Below are positions 1-11,719 of a stretch of 64,000 nucleotides of DNA, piece after piece. The stretch is from the NCBI RefSeq assembly GCF_003334315.1, contig NZ_QOWR01000010.1. One strand, written 5' to 3'. Positions within the stretch are counted from its first letter, which is position 1. Each line of letters starts with the position of its first letter. The translations under genes and the position numbers were made by a program. The notes beneath the pieces are model-generated. The model made no database searches. It was not told the origin of the DNA and saw nothing but the letters and a program-made list of their open reading frames with translations. Origin of the DNA: Escherichia coli (GTDB taxonomy: Bacteria > Pseudomonadota > Gammaproteobacteria > Enterobacterales > Enterobacteriaceae).

Positions 1-30
1 AACTTGAGGAATTATACTCCCCAACAGATG
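1..30 (+). promoter_or_regulatory. soxS promoter with partial SoxR operator (window starts inside the inverted repeat AACTTGAGG; -10 TATACT at 14-19)
   Basis: Sequence aacttgaggaattatactcc matches the right half of the known SoxR palindrome overlapping the soxS -10; the left half lies outside the window. Confidence 0.8.
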
Positions 31-65
31 AATTAACGAACTGAACACTGAAAAGAGGCAGATTT

Positions 66-389
66 ATGTCCCATCAGAAAATTATTCAGGATCTTATCGC
101 ATGGATTGACGAGCATATTGACCAGCCGCTTAACATTGATGTAGTCGCAAAAAAATCAGGCTATTCAAAGTGGTACTTGCAACGAATGTTCCGCACGGTG
201 ACGCATCAGACGCTTGGCGATTACATTCGCCAACGTCGCCTGTTACTGGCCGCCGTTGAGTTGCGCACCACCGAGCGTCCGATTTTTGATATCGCAATGG
301 ACCTGGGTTATGTCTCGCAGCAGACCTTCTCCCGCGTTTTCCGTCGGCAGTTTGATCGCACTCCCAGCGATTATCGCCACCGCCTGTAG
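66..389 (+). CDS. soxS: SoxS, AraC/XylS-family superoxide-response transcriptional activator (107 aa)
   Basis: ORF track 66..389; protein MSHQKIIQDLIAWIDEH... recognised as SoxS; ATG start, TAG stop at 387-389. Confidence 0.95.
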   Translation: MSHQKIIQDLIAWIDEHIDQPLNIDVVAKKSGYSKWYLQRMFRTVTHQTLGDYIRQRRLLLAAVELRTTERPIFDIAMDLGYVSQQTFSRVFRRQFDRTPSDYRHRL

Positions 390-391
390 TT

Positions 392-1978
392 TTATTGCCC
401 GCGCGTTAACTCCCGCGCGGGTAATTGCTCCATCCATTGCATAAACACCTGCGGCGGCATCGCCTTCGCAAAGAACCATCCCTGGCAATAGCGCACGCCG
501 CGTTTGCGCAGCCAGTTAACCTGCTCCTCAGTTTCGACGCCTTCAGCGATCGTTTTTAACCCCAGGCTGTGCGCCAGCTCGATGATGTGTTCCGCAATCA
601 AATGACTGGTTTTGTGGGTGGTCAGCGTTTCAACAAACGATTTGTCGATTTTCAAAATATCGACATTCAATGATTTAAGGTTATGCAAGTTAGAGTAGCC
701 AATACCAAAATCATCAATTGCCACTTCGTAACCTGCCTGGCGGAAAGCCAGAATAATCGGCGTCATTTTTTCGACATCAAGAAATGCATGCTCAGTCACT
801 TCAAATTTAATTTGCTGCGGACGCACCGCGTATTGCTCTGTTTTCTGATTGATTCGCGCTATCAACCGTGACGTATGAAAATCGGAGGCCGACAGGTTAA
901 TAGAAACATAGCGATCTGCATGTGTTGCCAGGTAATCGCCCAGATCGCGGAAGACATTATCAATAACATAATCAGTTATCTGTTCTATCATCCCCTCCTT
1001 TTCTGCCAGCGGAATAAACTCTGCCGGATTCATTATTTGCCCCTGCTCACCAGGCCAACGTAACAACGCTTCAGCGCCGATACATTTTTCTGTTTTGATA
1101 TCGATTATTGGCTGGTAATAAAGACAAAGTTGATGTTTTTCGAGGGCGCGTTGCAATTTACGTTTGGGAGATAAATAGTTTTGTCGAATACGTAGCCAGA
1201 GTAATAGCAGAACAAGACTCCCCAAAATACCGGCGGGCAACGCAAAAATAAGATGATTATAAAAATGGGTTATAAGACGTTGATATGAAGTCGCAACAAT
1301 GGCTGCAATTGGGCGTTTTGTCGAATAAACTGTCGCATATAAATAGCCATTTCTTTGTACGGTTAAATCCTTCAAATGAATCAGCGGAGAAAACGTTGCT
1401 GCCGAGGCCTCTTTGCTTAACGAGAAAAAGGTTTTCGTCACCGTATCATACACACCCCATTGCAATGTCGGGTCATCAGACATCACTTCACTCCAGAAGA
1501 GAGGGTTGATAACCGCCACATAATTTCCCCGCTGCATATAGGTCATTTTATAGCCAGAGAAAAAAGGCGTATCGCGGTAATAATAGATAGAAACGTTAGG
1601 TTCACGCTTATAATCGGCCGGTGCAATCGTATAGCCGTTTACAGGCGCTATCAGCGATGAGCATAAAAAATGGTTATCACGGGCATAGATCAATTCATTA
1701 ATATAAAGATAGCCACGAATAATATTCAACATTCGCTTTTGATGGGCTGGAGTGCAAACTTGCCCCTGATAGCGTTCAGCTGCATCGCTCACTAAATCTG
1801 CCTGGCGAATGACCAGCTCGGATTTATCCAGTGCCAGTTGAGCAAAGGTTCGGAGCTGATTATTCACTTCTGATTTTGCCCAAAGGAAGGCAATCCATAG
1901 CGAAAGAATGATGGGAAAGAGAACTAAAAAGATAATGCCCGGCAACGCCAGTAATTGGTGTCGTGCACGATGACTCAT
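392..1978 (-). CDS. pdeC: c-di-GMP phosphodiesterase PdeC (YjcC), membrane CSS-domain plus EAL domain
   Basis: ORF track 392..1987 (531 aa); hydrophobic N-terminus, EAL motif (GAEALLRWP); start probably the Met at codon 4; synteny convergent with soxS. Confidence 0.9.
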
Positions 1979-2407
1979 TGCTATCAATTTCCTGCCTGTT
2001 TATACCCGGCCATTGTAAGGTGAAAACCCTGGGTACCGACGTCTTTAGATAAATCTTACGGTATAAATAGCACTTTTGCCTGATTTGAAATTGATACCTT
2101 TCTAATCGTCACCTGGATGAAAATAATTCATTGATATTCAAAATTAATTTCCTACAGGAATGCAGAGGCGGCGGGAAGATATGCCCTTAATGCCACTGAA
2201 AAACCACATAATCTGTACAGCAATAAAAGTCACGGCCTAATATGGCTAACAAACAATCAATTGTGATATAGTTCACAAAATTAATGAAACAAACAGAGTG
2301 TTTCATTTTTGTGTTCTGCAAGCCCCGCGATAGCCAGAGTGTACCACGCCTCCCGTGAACAACGCCGCGCTGTCCAGGGCATCGGCTCTTTTCAGAGGAA
2401 TTGTTTG

Positions 2408-2689
2408 ATGGCTACCCTCACCACTGGCGTGGTTCTTCTTCGCTGGCAACTTCTTAGTGCCGTAATGATGTTTCTGGCCAGCACACTCAACATCCGTTTT
2501 CGTCGGTCTGATTATGTCGGGCTTGCGGTGATCAGCAGCGGTCTGGGCGTTGTTTCCGCCTGTTGGTTCGCAATGGGGTTGCTTGGCATCACAATGGCGG
2601 ACATCACCGCTATCTGGCATAACATCGAGTCGGTGATGATAGAAGAGATGAATCAGACACCGCCACAATGGCCAATGATTTTGACCTGA
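2408..2689 (+). CDS. yjcB: small inner-membrane protein YjcB (93 aa)
   Basis: ORF track 2309..2689; internal ATG at 2408 gives the 93-aa hydrophobic protein MATLTTGVVLLRW...; synteny. Confidence 0.8.
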   Translation: MATLTTGVVLLRWQLLSAVMMFLASTLNIRFRRSDYVGLAVISSGLGVVSACWFAMGLLGITMADITAIWHNIESVMIEEMNQTPPQWPMILT

Positions 2690-2695
2690 TACGTA

Positions 2696-2725
2696 GAAGC
2701 CTCCATAACGGAGGCTTCTTTTTTA
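2696..2725 (+). terminator. rho-independent terminator after yjcB (hairpin gaagcctcc-ataac-ggaggcttc followed by a T-run)
   Basis: Perfect 9-bp GC-rich stem then tttttt read directly from the sequence. Confidence 0.75.
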
Positions 2726-2787
2726 TGGCTGGCAGATGCTTTAATCATCCACCTTAAAACAATATAACCTATTGTTTTAATGACAAA

Positions 2788-3324
2788 TCAGAACGGAATG
2801 TCATCATCAAAGTCCATCGGCGGCTCGTTAGACGGCGCTGCCGGAGCGGACTGCTGCGGGCGAGACTGCGCGCCGCCGCTGAACTGATTGCCACCCTGCG
2901 GCTGCTGAGGCTGACCCCAACCGCCCTGCGGCTGACCACCACCGATATTGCCACCTGCCGGAGCGCCACCACCCTGACGACCACCCAGCATCTGCATGGT
3001 GCCGCCAACGTTCACCACGACTTCTGTGGTGTAGCGATCCTGACCGGATTGATCGGTCCATTTACGGGTACGCAGCTGACCTTCGATATAAACCTGAGAA
3101 CCTTTACGCAGATATTCGCTCGCCACTTCTGCCAGTTTGCCGAACAGCACAACGCGGTGCCATTCAGTCTGTTCTTTCATCTCGCCGGTCGCTTTATCAC
3201 GCCAGGATTCGGAAGTAGCCAGCGTAATGTTGGCAACTGCGCCACCATTTGGCATGTAGCGTACTTCCGGGTCCTGACCCAGATTACCAACGAGAATAAC
3301 CTTGTTTACGCCTCTGCTGGCCAT
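2788..3324 (-). CDS. ssb: single-stranded DNA-binding protein Ssb (178 aa)
   Basis: ORF track 2788..3387; internal start [16 protein letters not shown]; Gly/Gln-rich linker and acidic C-terminal tail DFDDDIPF. Confidence 0.95.
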   Translation of the reverse strand: MASRGVNKVILVGNLGQDPEVRYMPNGGAVANITLATSESWRDKATGEMKEQTEWHRVVLFGKLAEVASEYLRKGSQVYIEGQLRTRKWTDQSGQDRYTTEVVVNVGGTMQMLGGRQGGGAPAGGNIGGGQPQGGWGQPQQPQGGNQFSGGAQSRPQQSAPAAPSNEPPMDFDDDIPF

Positions 3325-3476
3325 GTTCGTGTCTCCTGAAAAAAATCGTTCTGAATAAGTGTAAACGCGCGATTGTACCATTACCAATAGCGCTTTTACT
3401 ATGTTGTGACCTCGGTTCCGGGAAACAAACCTGGCCAGACATTGTTACACAACACTCCGGGTAATGCATTCCAATA

Positions 3477-3492
3477 CTGTATATTCATTCAG
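3477..3492. promoter_or_regulatory. LexA operator (SOS box CTGTATATTCATTCAG) in the divergent ssb-uvrA promoter region
   Basis: CTGT-N8-ACAG consensus read from the sequence, between the divergent ssb and uvrA starts. Confidence 0.85.
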
Positions 3493-3577
3493 GTCAATTT
3501 GTGTCATAATTAACCGTTTGTGATCGCCGGTAGCACCATGCCACCGGGCAAAAAAGCGTTTAATCCGGGAAAGGTGA

Positions 3578-6400
3578 ATGGATAAGATCGAAGTTCGGGG
3601 CGCCCGCACCCATAATCTCAAAAACATCAACCTCGTTATCCCCCGCGACAAGCTCATTGTCGTGACCGGGCTTTCGGGTTCTGGCAAATCCTCGCTCGCT
3701 TTCGACACCTTATATGCCGAAGGGCAGCGCCGTTACGTTGAATCCCTTTCCGCCTACGCGCGGCAGTTTCTGTCACTGATGGAAAAGCCGGACGTCGATC
3801 ATATTGAGGGGCTTTCTCCTGCCATCTCAATTGAGCAGAAATCGACGTCTCATAACCCGCGTTCTACGGTGGGGACAATCACCGAAATCCACGACTATTT
3901 GCGTTTGTTATTCGCCCGCGTTGGCGAGCCGCGCTGTCCGGACCACGACGTCCCGCTGGCGGCGCAAACCGTCAGCCAGATGGTGGATAACGTGCTGTCG
4001 CAGCCGGAAGGCAAGCGTCTGATGCTACTCGCGCCAATCATTAAAGAGCGCAAAGGCGAACACACCAAAACGCTGGAGAACCTGGCAAGCCAGGGCTACA
4101 TCCGTGCTCGTATTGATGGCGAAGTCTGCGATCTTTCCGATCCGCCAAAACTGGAACTGCAAAAGAAACATACCATTGAAGTGGTGGTTGATCGCTTCAA
4201 GGTGCGTGACGATCTTACCCAACGTCTTGCCGAGTCATTTGAAACCGCGCTGGAGCTTTCCGGTGGTACCGCGGTAGTGGCGGATATGGACGACCCGAAA
4301 GCGGAAGAGCTGCTGTTCTCCGCCAACTTCGCCTGCCCAATTTGCGGCTACAGTATGCGTGAGCTGGAGCCGCGACTGTTTTCGTTTAACAACCCGGCGG
4401 GGGCCTGCCCGACCTGCGACGGCCTTGGCGTACAGCAATATTTCGATCCTGATCGAGTGATCCAGAATCCGGAACTGTCGCTGGCTGGTGGTGCGATCCG
4501 TGGCTGGGATCGCCGCAACTTCTATTATTTCCAGATGCTGAAATCGCTGGCAGATCACTATAAGTTCGACGTCGAAGCGCCGTGGGGCAGCCTGAGCGCG
4601 AACGTGCATAAAGTGGTGTTGTACGGTTCTGGCAAAGAAAACATTGAATTCAAATACATGAACGATCGTGGCGATACCTCCATTCGTCGTCATCCGTTCG
4701 AAGGCGTACTGCATAATATGGAGCGCCGCTATAAAGAGACGGAATCCAGCGCGGTACGCGAAGAATTAGCCAAGTTTATCAGTAATCGTCCGTGCGCCAG
4801 CTGCGAAGGGACGCGTCTGCGTCGGGAAGCGCGCCACGTGTATGTCGAGAATACGCCGCTGCCTGCTATCTCCGACATGAGCATTGGTCATGCGATGGAA
4901 TTCTTCAACAATCTCAAACTCGCAGGTCAGCGGGCGAAGATTGCAGAAAAAATCCTTAAAGAGATCGGCGATCGTCTGAAATTCCTCGTTAACGTCGGCC
5001 TGAATTACCTGACGCTTTCCCGCTCGGCAGAAACGCTTTCTGGCGGTGAAGCACAGCGTATCCGTCTGGCGAGCCAGATTGGTGCGGGCCTGGTTGGCGT
5101 TATGTACGTGCTGGACGAGCCGTCTATCGGCCTGCACCAGCGTGATAACGAGCGCCTGTTGGGTACGCTTATCCATCTGCGCGATCTCGGTAATACCGTG
5201 ATTGTGGTGGAGCACGACGAAGACGCAATTCGCGCCGCTGACCATGTGATCGACATTGGCCCGGGCGCAGGTGTTCACGGCGGTGAAGTGGTCGCAGAAG
5301 GTCCGCTGGAAGCGATTATGGCGGTGCCGGAGTCGTTGACCGGGCAGTACATGAGCGGCAAACGCAAGATTGAAGTGCCGAAGAAACGCGTTCCGGCGAA
5401 TCCGGAAAAAGTGCTGAAGCTGACAGGCGCACGCGGCAACAACCTGAAGGACGTGACGCTGACGCTGCCGGTGGGTCTGTTTACCTGCATCACCGGGGTT
5501 TCAGGTTCCGGTAAATCGACGCTGATTAACGACACACTGTTCCCGATTGCCCAACGCCAGTTGAATGGGGCGACCATCGCCGAACCAGCACCGTATCGCG
5601 ATATTCAGGGGCTGGAGCATTTCGATAAAGTGATCGATATCGACCAAAGCCCAATTGGTCGTACTCCACGTTCTAACCCGGCGACCTATACCGGCGTGTT
5701 TACGCCTGTGCGCGAACTGTTTGCGGGCGTACCGGAATCCCGTGCGCGCGGCTATACGCCGGGACGTTTCAGCTTTAACGTTCGTGGCGGACGCTGCGAG
5801 GCCTGTCAGGGCGATGGCGTGATCAAAGTGGAGATGCACTTCCTGCCGGATATCTACGTGCCGTGCGACCAGTGCAAAGGTAAACGCTATAACCGTGAAA
5901 CGCTGGAGATTAAGTACAAAGGCAAAACCATCCACGAAGTGCTGGATATGACCATCGAAGAGGCGCGTGAGTTCTTTGATGCCGTACCTGCACTGGCGCG
6001 TAAGCTGCAAACGTTGATGGACGTTGGCCTGACGTACATTCGCCTGGGGCAGTCCGCAACCACCCTTTCTGGTGGTGAAGCCCAGCGCGTGAAGCTGGCG
6101 CGTGAGCTGTCAAAACGCGGCACCGGGCAGACACTGTATATTCTCGACGAGCCGACCACCGGTTTGCACTTCGCCGATATTCAGCAACTGCTCGACGTGC
6201 TGCATAAACTGCGCGATCAGGGCAATACCATTGTGGTAATTGAGCACAATCTCGACGTGATTAAAACCGCTGACTGGATTGTCGACCTGGGACCGGAAGG
6301 CGGCAGTGGCGGCGGCGAGATCCTCGTCTCCGGTACGCCAGAAACCGTCGCGGAGTGCGAAGCTTCGCATACGGCGCGCTTCCTCAAGCCGATGCTGTAA
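3578..6400 (+). CDS. uvrA: excinuclease ABC subunit A, UvrA (940 aa)
   Basis: ORF track 3578..6400; two ABC ATPase Walker A motifs ([18 protein letters not shown]) and zinc-finger cysteine clusters. Confidence 0.97.
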   Translation: MDKIEVRGARTHNLKNINLVIPRDKLIVVTGLSGSGKSSLAFDTLYAEGQRRYVESLSAYARQFLSLMEKPDVDHIEGLSPAISIEQKSTSHNPRSTVGTITEIHDYLRLLFARVGEPRCPDHDVPLAAQTVSQMVDNVLSQPEGKRLMLLAPIIKERKGEHTKTLENLASQGYIRARIDGEVCDLSDPPKLELQKKHTIEVVVDRFKVRDDLTQRLAESFETALELSGGTAVVADMDDPKAEELLFSANFACPICGYSMRELEPRLFSFNNPAGACPTCDGLGVQQYFDPDRVIQNPELSLAGGAIRGWDRRNFYYFQMLKSLADHYKFDVEAPWGSLSANVHKVVLYGSGKENIEFKYMNDRGDTSIRRHPFEGVLHNMERRYKETESSAVREELAKFISNRPCASCEGTRLRREARHVYVENTPLPAISDMSIGHAMEFFNNLKLAGQRAKIAEKILKEIGDRLKFLVNVGLNYLTLSRSAETLSGGEAQRIRLASQIGAGLVGVMYVLDEPSIGLHQRDNERLLGTLIHLRDLGNTVIVVEHDEDAIRAADHVIDIGPGAGVHGGEVVAEGPLEAIMAVPESLTGQYMSGKRKIEVPKKRVPANPEKVLKLTGARGNNLKDVTLTLPVGLFTCITGVSGSGKSTLINDTLFPIAQRQLNGATIAEPAPYRDIQGLEHFDKVIDIDQSPIGRTPRSNPATYTGVFTPVRELFAGVPESRARGYTPGRFSFNVRGGRCEACQGDGVIKVEMHFLPDIYVPCDQCKGKRYNRETLEIKYKGKTIHEVLDMTIEEAREFFDAVPALARKLQTLMDVGLTYIRLGQSATTLSGGEAQRVKLARELSKRGTGQTLYILDEPTTGLHFADIQQLLDVLHKLRDQGNTIVVIEHNLDVIKTADWIVDLGPEGGSGGGEILVSGTPETVAECEASHTARFLKPML

Positions 6401-6406
6401 TCGTTA

Positions 6407-6433
6407 AGGCCGCTTTCTGAGCGGCCTTTTCCT
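6407..6433 (+). terminator. rho-independent terminator after uvrA (aggccgct-ttctg-agcggcct then T-rich)
   Basis: Hairpin plus ttttccttt immediately after the uvrA stop. Confidence 0.7.
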
Positions 6434-6434
6434 T

Positions 6435-6791
6435 TCAGAGTTGCACCAGCAATTTACGTTTTTCTTCCGGCAGCAAATTCACCGCCTGCTGATAAGACGC
6501 ATCCACCAGATAATAGATTTGCGAATCTGGCAGCGAACCGTCGAGATACACGGTGCTCCAGTGCGCTTTATTCAGATGGCGGCTTGGACGCACATCGCTG
6601 TGCTGCTGACGTAGCAGCTCCGCCAGCTCCGGGCTGGTTTTCAGCGAAACAGCTGGGCGATTTTCTACTTCTTTCACCATCGCAAACAGTACATCTTCCA
6701 CTTTGATCTGCGTCGCTTTCCAGTCGTTATGCACGCTCTGTTCTGCGCCTGGTTTTGCCATGCAATATTGTAGCAACTCCGAAATGGTCAT
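6435..6791 (-). CDS. yjbR: YjbR, conserved protein of unknown function (118 aa)
   Basis: ORF track; synteny downstream of yjbQ; sequence recognised. Confidence 0.85.
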   Translation of the reverse strand: MTISELLQYCMAKPGAEQSVHNDWKATQIKVEDVLFAMVKEVENRPAVSLKTSPELAELLRQQHSDVRPSRHLNKAHWSTVYLDGSLPDSQIYYLVDASYQQAVNLLPEEKRKLLVQL

Positions 6792-6794
6792 TTT

Positions 6795-7211
6795 TTACTC
6801 CCCTTGTAGTGTCGCGATGATGCGACGCGATCCGCCGTGGATGCGATGTTCCCCCAGCCAAATGCCTTGCCAGGTGCCGGTCTGAATACGCCCTTTATGC
6901 ACCGGCAATACAAGCGATGTTCCCAGCATTGAGGATTTGATATGAGAAGGCATATCGTCTGCTCCCTCATAGTCATGCTCATAATTTCCGTTGTCGGGAA
7001 CGGTGCGGAGGAAAAAACGCTCCATGTCGTGGCGTACGGTGGGATCGCAGTTCTCATTAAGTGTCAGAGAGGCGGAGGTATGTTGCAGCAACAGATGCAG
7101 TAAGCCGATGTTAACGCGCGGCATATCAGCCAGCTGATTCAGAATTTCATCCGTTACCAGATGAAACCCACGAGATTTGGCGCTAAGCGTGAGCGTCTTT
7201 TGATACCACAT
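6795..7211 (-). CDS. yjbQ: YjbQ, UPF0047-family protein (138 aa)
   Basis: ORF track; 3-bp spacing to yjbR suggests an operon; sequence recognised. Confidence 0.85.
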
Positions 7212-7280
7212 GTGCTGCTCCTTGATAAAACTCTCTTAATCAGTTTGCAGCAAGACAGCGAAAGGATAAAGGTGTGATTA

Positions 7281-7315
7281 AAAAAACAGCATTCGGGAGA
7301 GCATCACGCTCTCCC
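7281..7315 (-). terminator. probable terminator downstream of aphA (gggagagc-gtgat-gctctccc followed, after a short gap, by a T-run on the minus strand)
   Basis: 8-bp perfect stem read from the sequence; the T-run is offset by about 8 nt from the stem. Confidence 0.5.
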
Positions 7316-7321
7316 GCTCTG

Positions 7322-8314
<993 letters not shown>

Positions 8315-8436
8315 TTAATGAACTTAATGATACAGCATTACAAAAACAATCGAAGTTTATAAAGATGATTTCTGATTGACCAGCCCCCTACCCTACAATG
8401 GTGATTAATTTTATTACTCGCGATGGAGATGATGAT

Positions 8437-8640
8437 ATGAATATATCATATGTGAATAGCAACAAAACGACATCTTTACCTGTTGAGCTAGATGCACTAA
8501 ATAATAAAGATATCTCTTATGCCAAAGATTTCTTTTTATACATAGAAACACAGTTAAAAATTGCAAAAGATTTTTTAGACCTGGAGAAGAAGTATCAAGT
8601 TCTATTGCAAGTAAAGTTTTTCACGCATTTATTGATTTAG
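8437..8640 (+). CDS. yjbS: small protein YjbS (67 aa) in an AT-rich region
   Basis: ATG at 8437 inside ORF track 8398..8640 gives a 67-aa product; matches the remembered size and position of yjbS between aphA and tyrB. Confidence 0.6.
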   Translation: MNISYVNSNKTTSLPVELDALNNKDISYAKDFFLYIETQLKIAKDFLDLEKKYQVLLQVKFFTHLLI

Positions 8641-9141
8641 TTAACAAAATCAGGGGTAAGAAAGACTTTATGTATACTTGCACGCTTTGCTGTTTTGCCG
8701 AGGAGGTTAAAGGTGATTATTCTCATTACAGGACCTTTTTATTTGATATTGGTAATCAATATAAGGTTAAACTTACACAAAGCGGAAAAAAGAGTTCTCT
8801 TTAACATTAGAATTTAACGATACTATAATTGAATCTCAGAAAGTCACAGGCAATAAGGCAAAGCATATTCTTGAGGATATAGAAATATTCTATCGTAACA
8901 AACCCGATACTTATTATTAAATTTAATAATGGTTAGATGTGCAGAAATTATTACTCCACCCAAAAAAACAGGATAAGGAATTCCAGATAATTGGGATAAA
9001 CTTAACAATAAAAGAACTAACAACGTTTATTATCTCTCACGTAGAACGATGGCATCAAAAAAATCATCTATAAAGAAAGAGTGAAAGCGACGACAGTTTA
9101 ATTTCACTGCAGGCTGGGTAGCTCCAGCCTGCTTTCCTGCA

Positions 9142-10335
9142 TTACATCACCGCAGCAAACGCCTTTGCCACACGTTGTACATTTGCCGTATTTAACCCGG
9201 CGACACACATGCGACCGCTGGCGATGAGATAGACACCAAATTCTTCACGTAGTCGGTCAACCTGAGCGGCACTTAAACCGGTATAACTGAACATGCCGCG
9301 CTGATTAAGCAGATAATCGAAATTGCGTTCTGGCATCTCTGTGCTTAATACCTTCACCAATTCCTGACGCATTGCCAGAATGCGAGTACGCATCTCTTCT
9401 ACTTCCGCCAGCCAGCTGGCTTTCAATGCCTCGTCATTCAGCACTGCAGCCACCACCTGCGCACCAAAATTCGGCGGGCTGGAGTAGTTGCGGCGAACTG
9501 TTGCTTTCAATTGCCCCAGTACGCGGCCAGCGGCTTCGGCATCTTCACACATAACAGAAAGTCCGCCGACGCGCTCGCCGTAAAGGGAGAAAATTTTCGA
9601 GAACGAATTGCTCACCAGAGCGGGTAATCCAGCGCTGGCAATGGCGCGAATAGCGTAGGCATCCTCTTCCATACCGGCACCAAATCCTTGATAGGCAATA
9701 TCGAGGAATGGAATAAGCTCGCGGGCTTTGAGAATTTCAATCACCGCATCCCACTGATCATTAGTGAGATCGGCACCCGTTGGGTTGTGGCAACATGGAT
9801 GCAGCAACACAATACTGCGGGCAGGTAATGTTTTCAGCGTCGCCAACAGGTCATTAAAGCGCACGCCGTTAGTCGCTTCGTCATACCAGGGGTAAGTACT
9901 CACTTCGAATCCAGCCCCGGCGAATATTGCTACGTGGTTTTCCCAGGTAGGATCGCTGACCCAGACGCCTGATTCCGGGAAGTAGCGTTTCAGGAAATCC
10001 GCGCCCACTTTCAATGCCCCGGAGCCGCCAAGGGTTTGAATGGTTGCTACGCGCTGTTGTTTCAGTACCGGATGGTCCGCACCAAACAGCAGCGGCGCAA
10101 TGGCATGGCGATAGCTGTTAAGCCCTTCCATCGGTAAATAAAGCGAAGCGCCATGAGGCTGCGCATTCAGGCGCGCTTCCGCCTCCGCCACGGCTTGCAG
10201 TTGTGGAATAATTCCGTCTTCGTTGTAGTACAGACCGATACTTAAATTCACTTTGTCGCTGCGAGGGTCTTCTTTAAAACGCTCCATAAGCGTAAGAATC
10301 GGGTCGCCAGCGTAGGCGTCAACTTTTTGAAACAC
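9142..10335 (-). CDS. tyrB: aromatic-amino-acid aminotransferase TyrB (397 aa, GTG start)
   Basis: ORF track 9142..10377 begins at an upstream TTG; GTG at 10335 gives [16 protein letters not shown]..., the known TyrB N-terminus. Confidence 0.93.
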   Translation of the reverse strand: MFQKVDAYAGDPILTLMERFKEDPRSDKVNLSIGLYYNEDGIIPQLQAVAEAEARLNAQPHGASLYLPMEGLNSYRHAIAPLLFGADHPVLKQQRVATIQTLGGSGALKVGADFLKRYFPESGVWVSDPTWENHVAIFAGAGFEVSTYPWYDEATNGVRFNDLLATLKTLPARSIVLLHPCCHNPTGADLTNDQWDAVIEILKARELIPFLDIAYQGFGAGMEEDAYAIRAIASAGLPALVSNSFSKIFSLYGERVGGLSVMCEDAEAAGRVLGQLKATVRRNYSSPPNFGAQVVAAVLNDEALKASWLAEVEEMRTRILAMRQELVKVLSTEMPERNFDYLLNQRGMFSYTGLSAAQVDRLREEFGVYLIASGRMCVAGLNTANVQRVAKAFAAVM

Positions 10336-10530
10336 GCGATGGTTCTCCAGGTTTACGGGCAGGTGGTTAAAACACAATAAACCGGAAGAAGGCGAAGATC
10401 GAGTGGATGTTCAGGAGCGAACGGCAATTAGCAACAGAGTGAGACTCATGACAAACGTACATCCGCCAGAGGCACGACCTTTATAAGAGCATGAAAGAAC
10501 ATCAACTTATTGAATTTTTAGGATTTTATT

Positions 10531-10563
10531 GGCCGGATAAGGCATTCACGCCGCATCCGGCAC
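10531..10563. repeat. REP (repetitive extragenic palindromic) element between tyrB and alr
   Basis: ggccggataaggc...gccgcatccggc REP consensus palindrome. Confidence 0.8.
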
Positions 10564-10587
10564 AGACAATCAAATATTACAGAACGA

Positions 10588-11667
10588 TTAATCCACGTAT
10601 TTCATCGCGACCCTTGAAGTCAGGCGCGTAATAAGTTCGTAAGCGCTTACTTTCGTCATTTCAGCGATACGTTCTACGGGCAAACCTTCGCCCCATAAAA
10701 TGACCGGATCCCCGGCTTTGTCCTGCGCCTGTGGACCTAAGTCTACGCAGATCATATCCATCGCCACGCGCCCGACAATCGGTACTTCGCGACCGTTCAC
10801 CAGCACTGGCGTACCGGACGGCGCGGCGCGCGGATAACCATCGCCATAGCCCATCGCGACTACGCCAAGACGGGTATCACGTTCGCTTACCCAGGTTCCA
10901 CCATAACCAACAGGTTCTCCGGCTTTATGCTCACGCACGGCAATCAGGCTGGAGGTTAGTGACATCACTGGCTGACAGCCAAAATCGGCACCGGTGGAGC
11001 GATCTTCCAGCGGCGAGACGCCATAAAGAATGATGCCCGGGCGCACCCAGTCAAAATGCGACTGTGGCCACAGCAGAATGCCACCCGACGCGGCAATGGA
11101 ACGTTGACCAGGTTTGCCTTCGCAAAAGGTATTAAAGATAGCGAGTTGTTTCTCGGTTGCGCCACATTTTGGTTCATCCGCGCGCGCAAAATGGCTGACG
11201 ATATTCACCGGCTGACGAACGTTTTTGCACTGGGTCAGGCGATGATAAAACGCCTCAGCCTGTTCCGGCCTTACGCCCAGACGGTGCATACCGGTATCGA
11301 GTTTCATCCAGACGGTAACCGGCTCGTCCAGGCTAGCCTCTTCCAGCGCAGCCAGCTGTTCTTCGTTATGCACGGCGGTATGAAAATGTTGCGCAGAAAT
11401 CGTCGGCAGATCTCTGGCATCAAAAAAGCCTTCGAGTAACAGTACAGGTTTGGTGATTCCCCCCGCACGCAGTCGCAGAGCTTCTTCGAGACGGGCTACG
11501 CCAAAGGCGTCAGCATCGGGGAGCGTTCGCGCGGTCTCAAGAAGACCGTGACCATAAGCGTTCGCTTTCACCACCGCAACCATTTTACTGGCAGGGGCCA
11601 GTTCACGAAGACGTTGCAGGTTGTGTCGCAGAGCGCGGCGGTTAATCACAACAGTTGCCGCTTGCAT
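10588..11667 (-). CDS. alr: alanine racemase Alr (359 aa)
   Basis: ORF track; PLP-lysine motif [10 protein letters not shown]; synteny downstream of dnaB. Confidence 0.95.
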
Positions 11668-11719
11668 TTGTGTTCCTTGATAAGTGTTTGCTTTAATTAC
11701 CTAATTCATAAAATAATTA

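Noticed and set aside
3804-6370. Many antisense or alternative-frame ORFs of 60-170 codons inside uvrA (e.g. 4235..4714, 4766..5278, 5501..6010)
   Set aside because: Shadow ORFs typical of GC-rich coding sequence; uvrA occupies the region with strong motif support.
9107-9130. Hairpin gcaggctgg-gtagc-tccagcctgc just downstream of tyrB
   Set aside because: No T-run on the tyrB strand, so its role as a terminator is uncertain and I did not call it as a feature.
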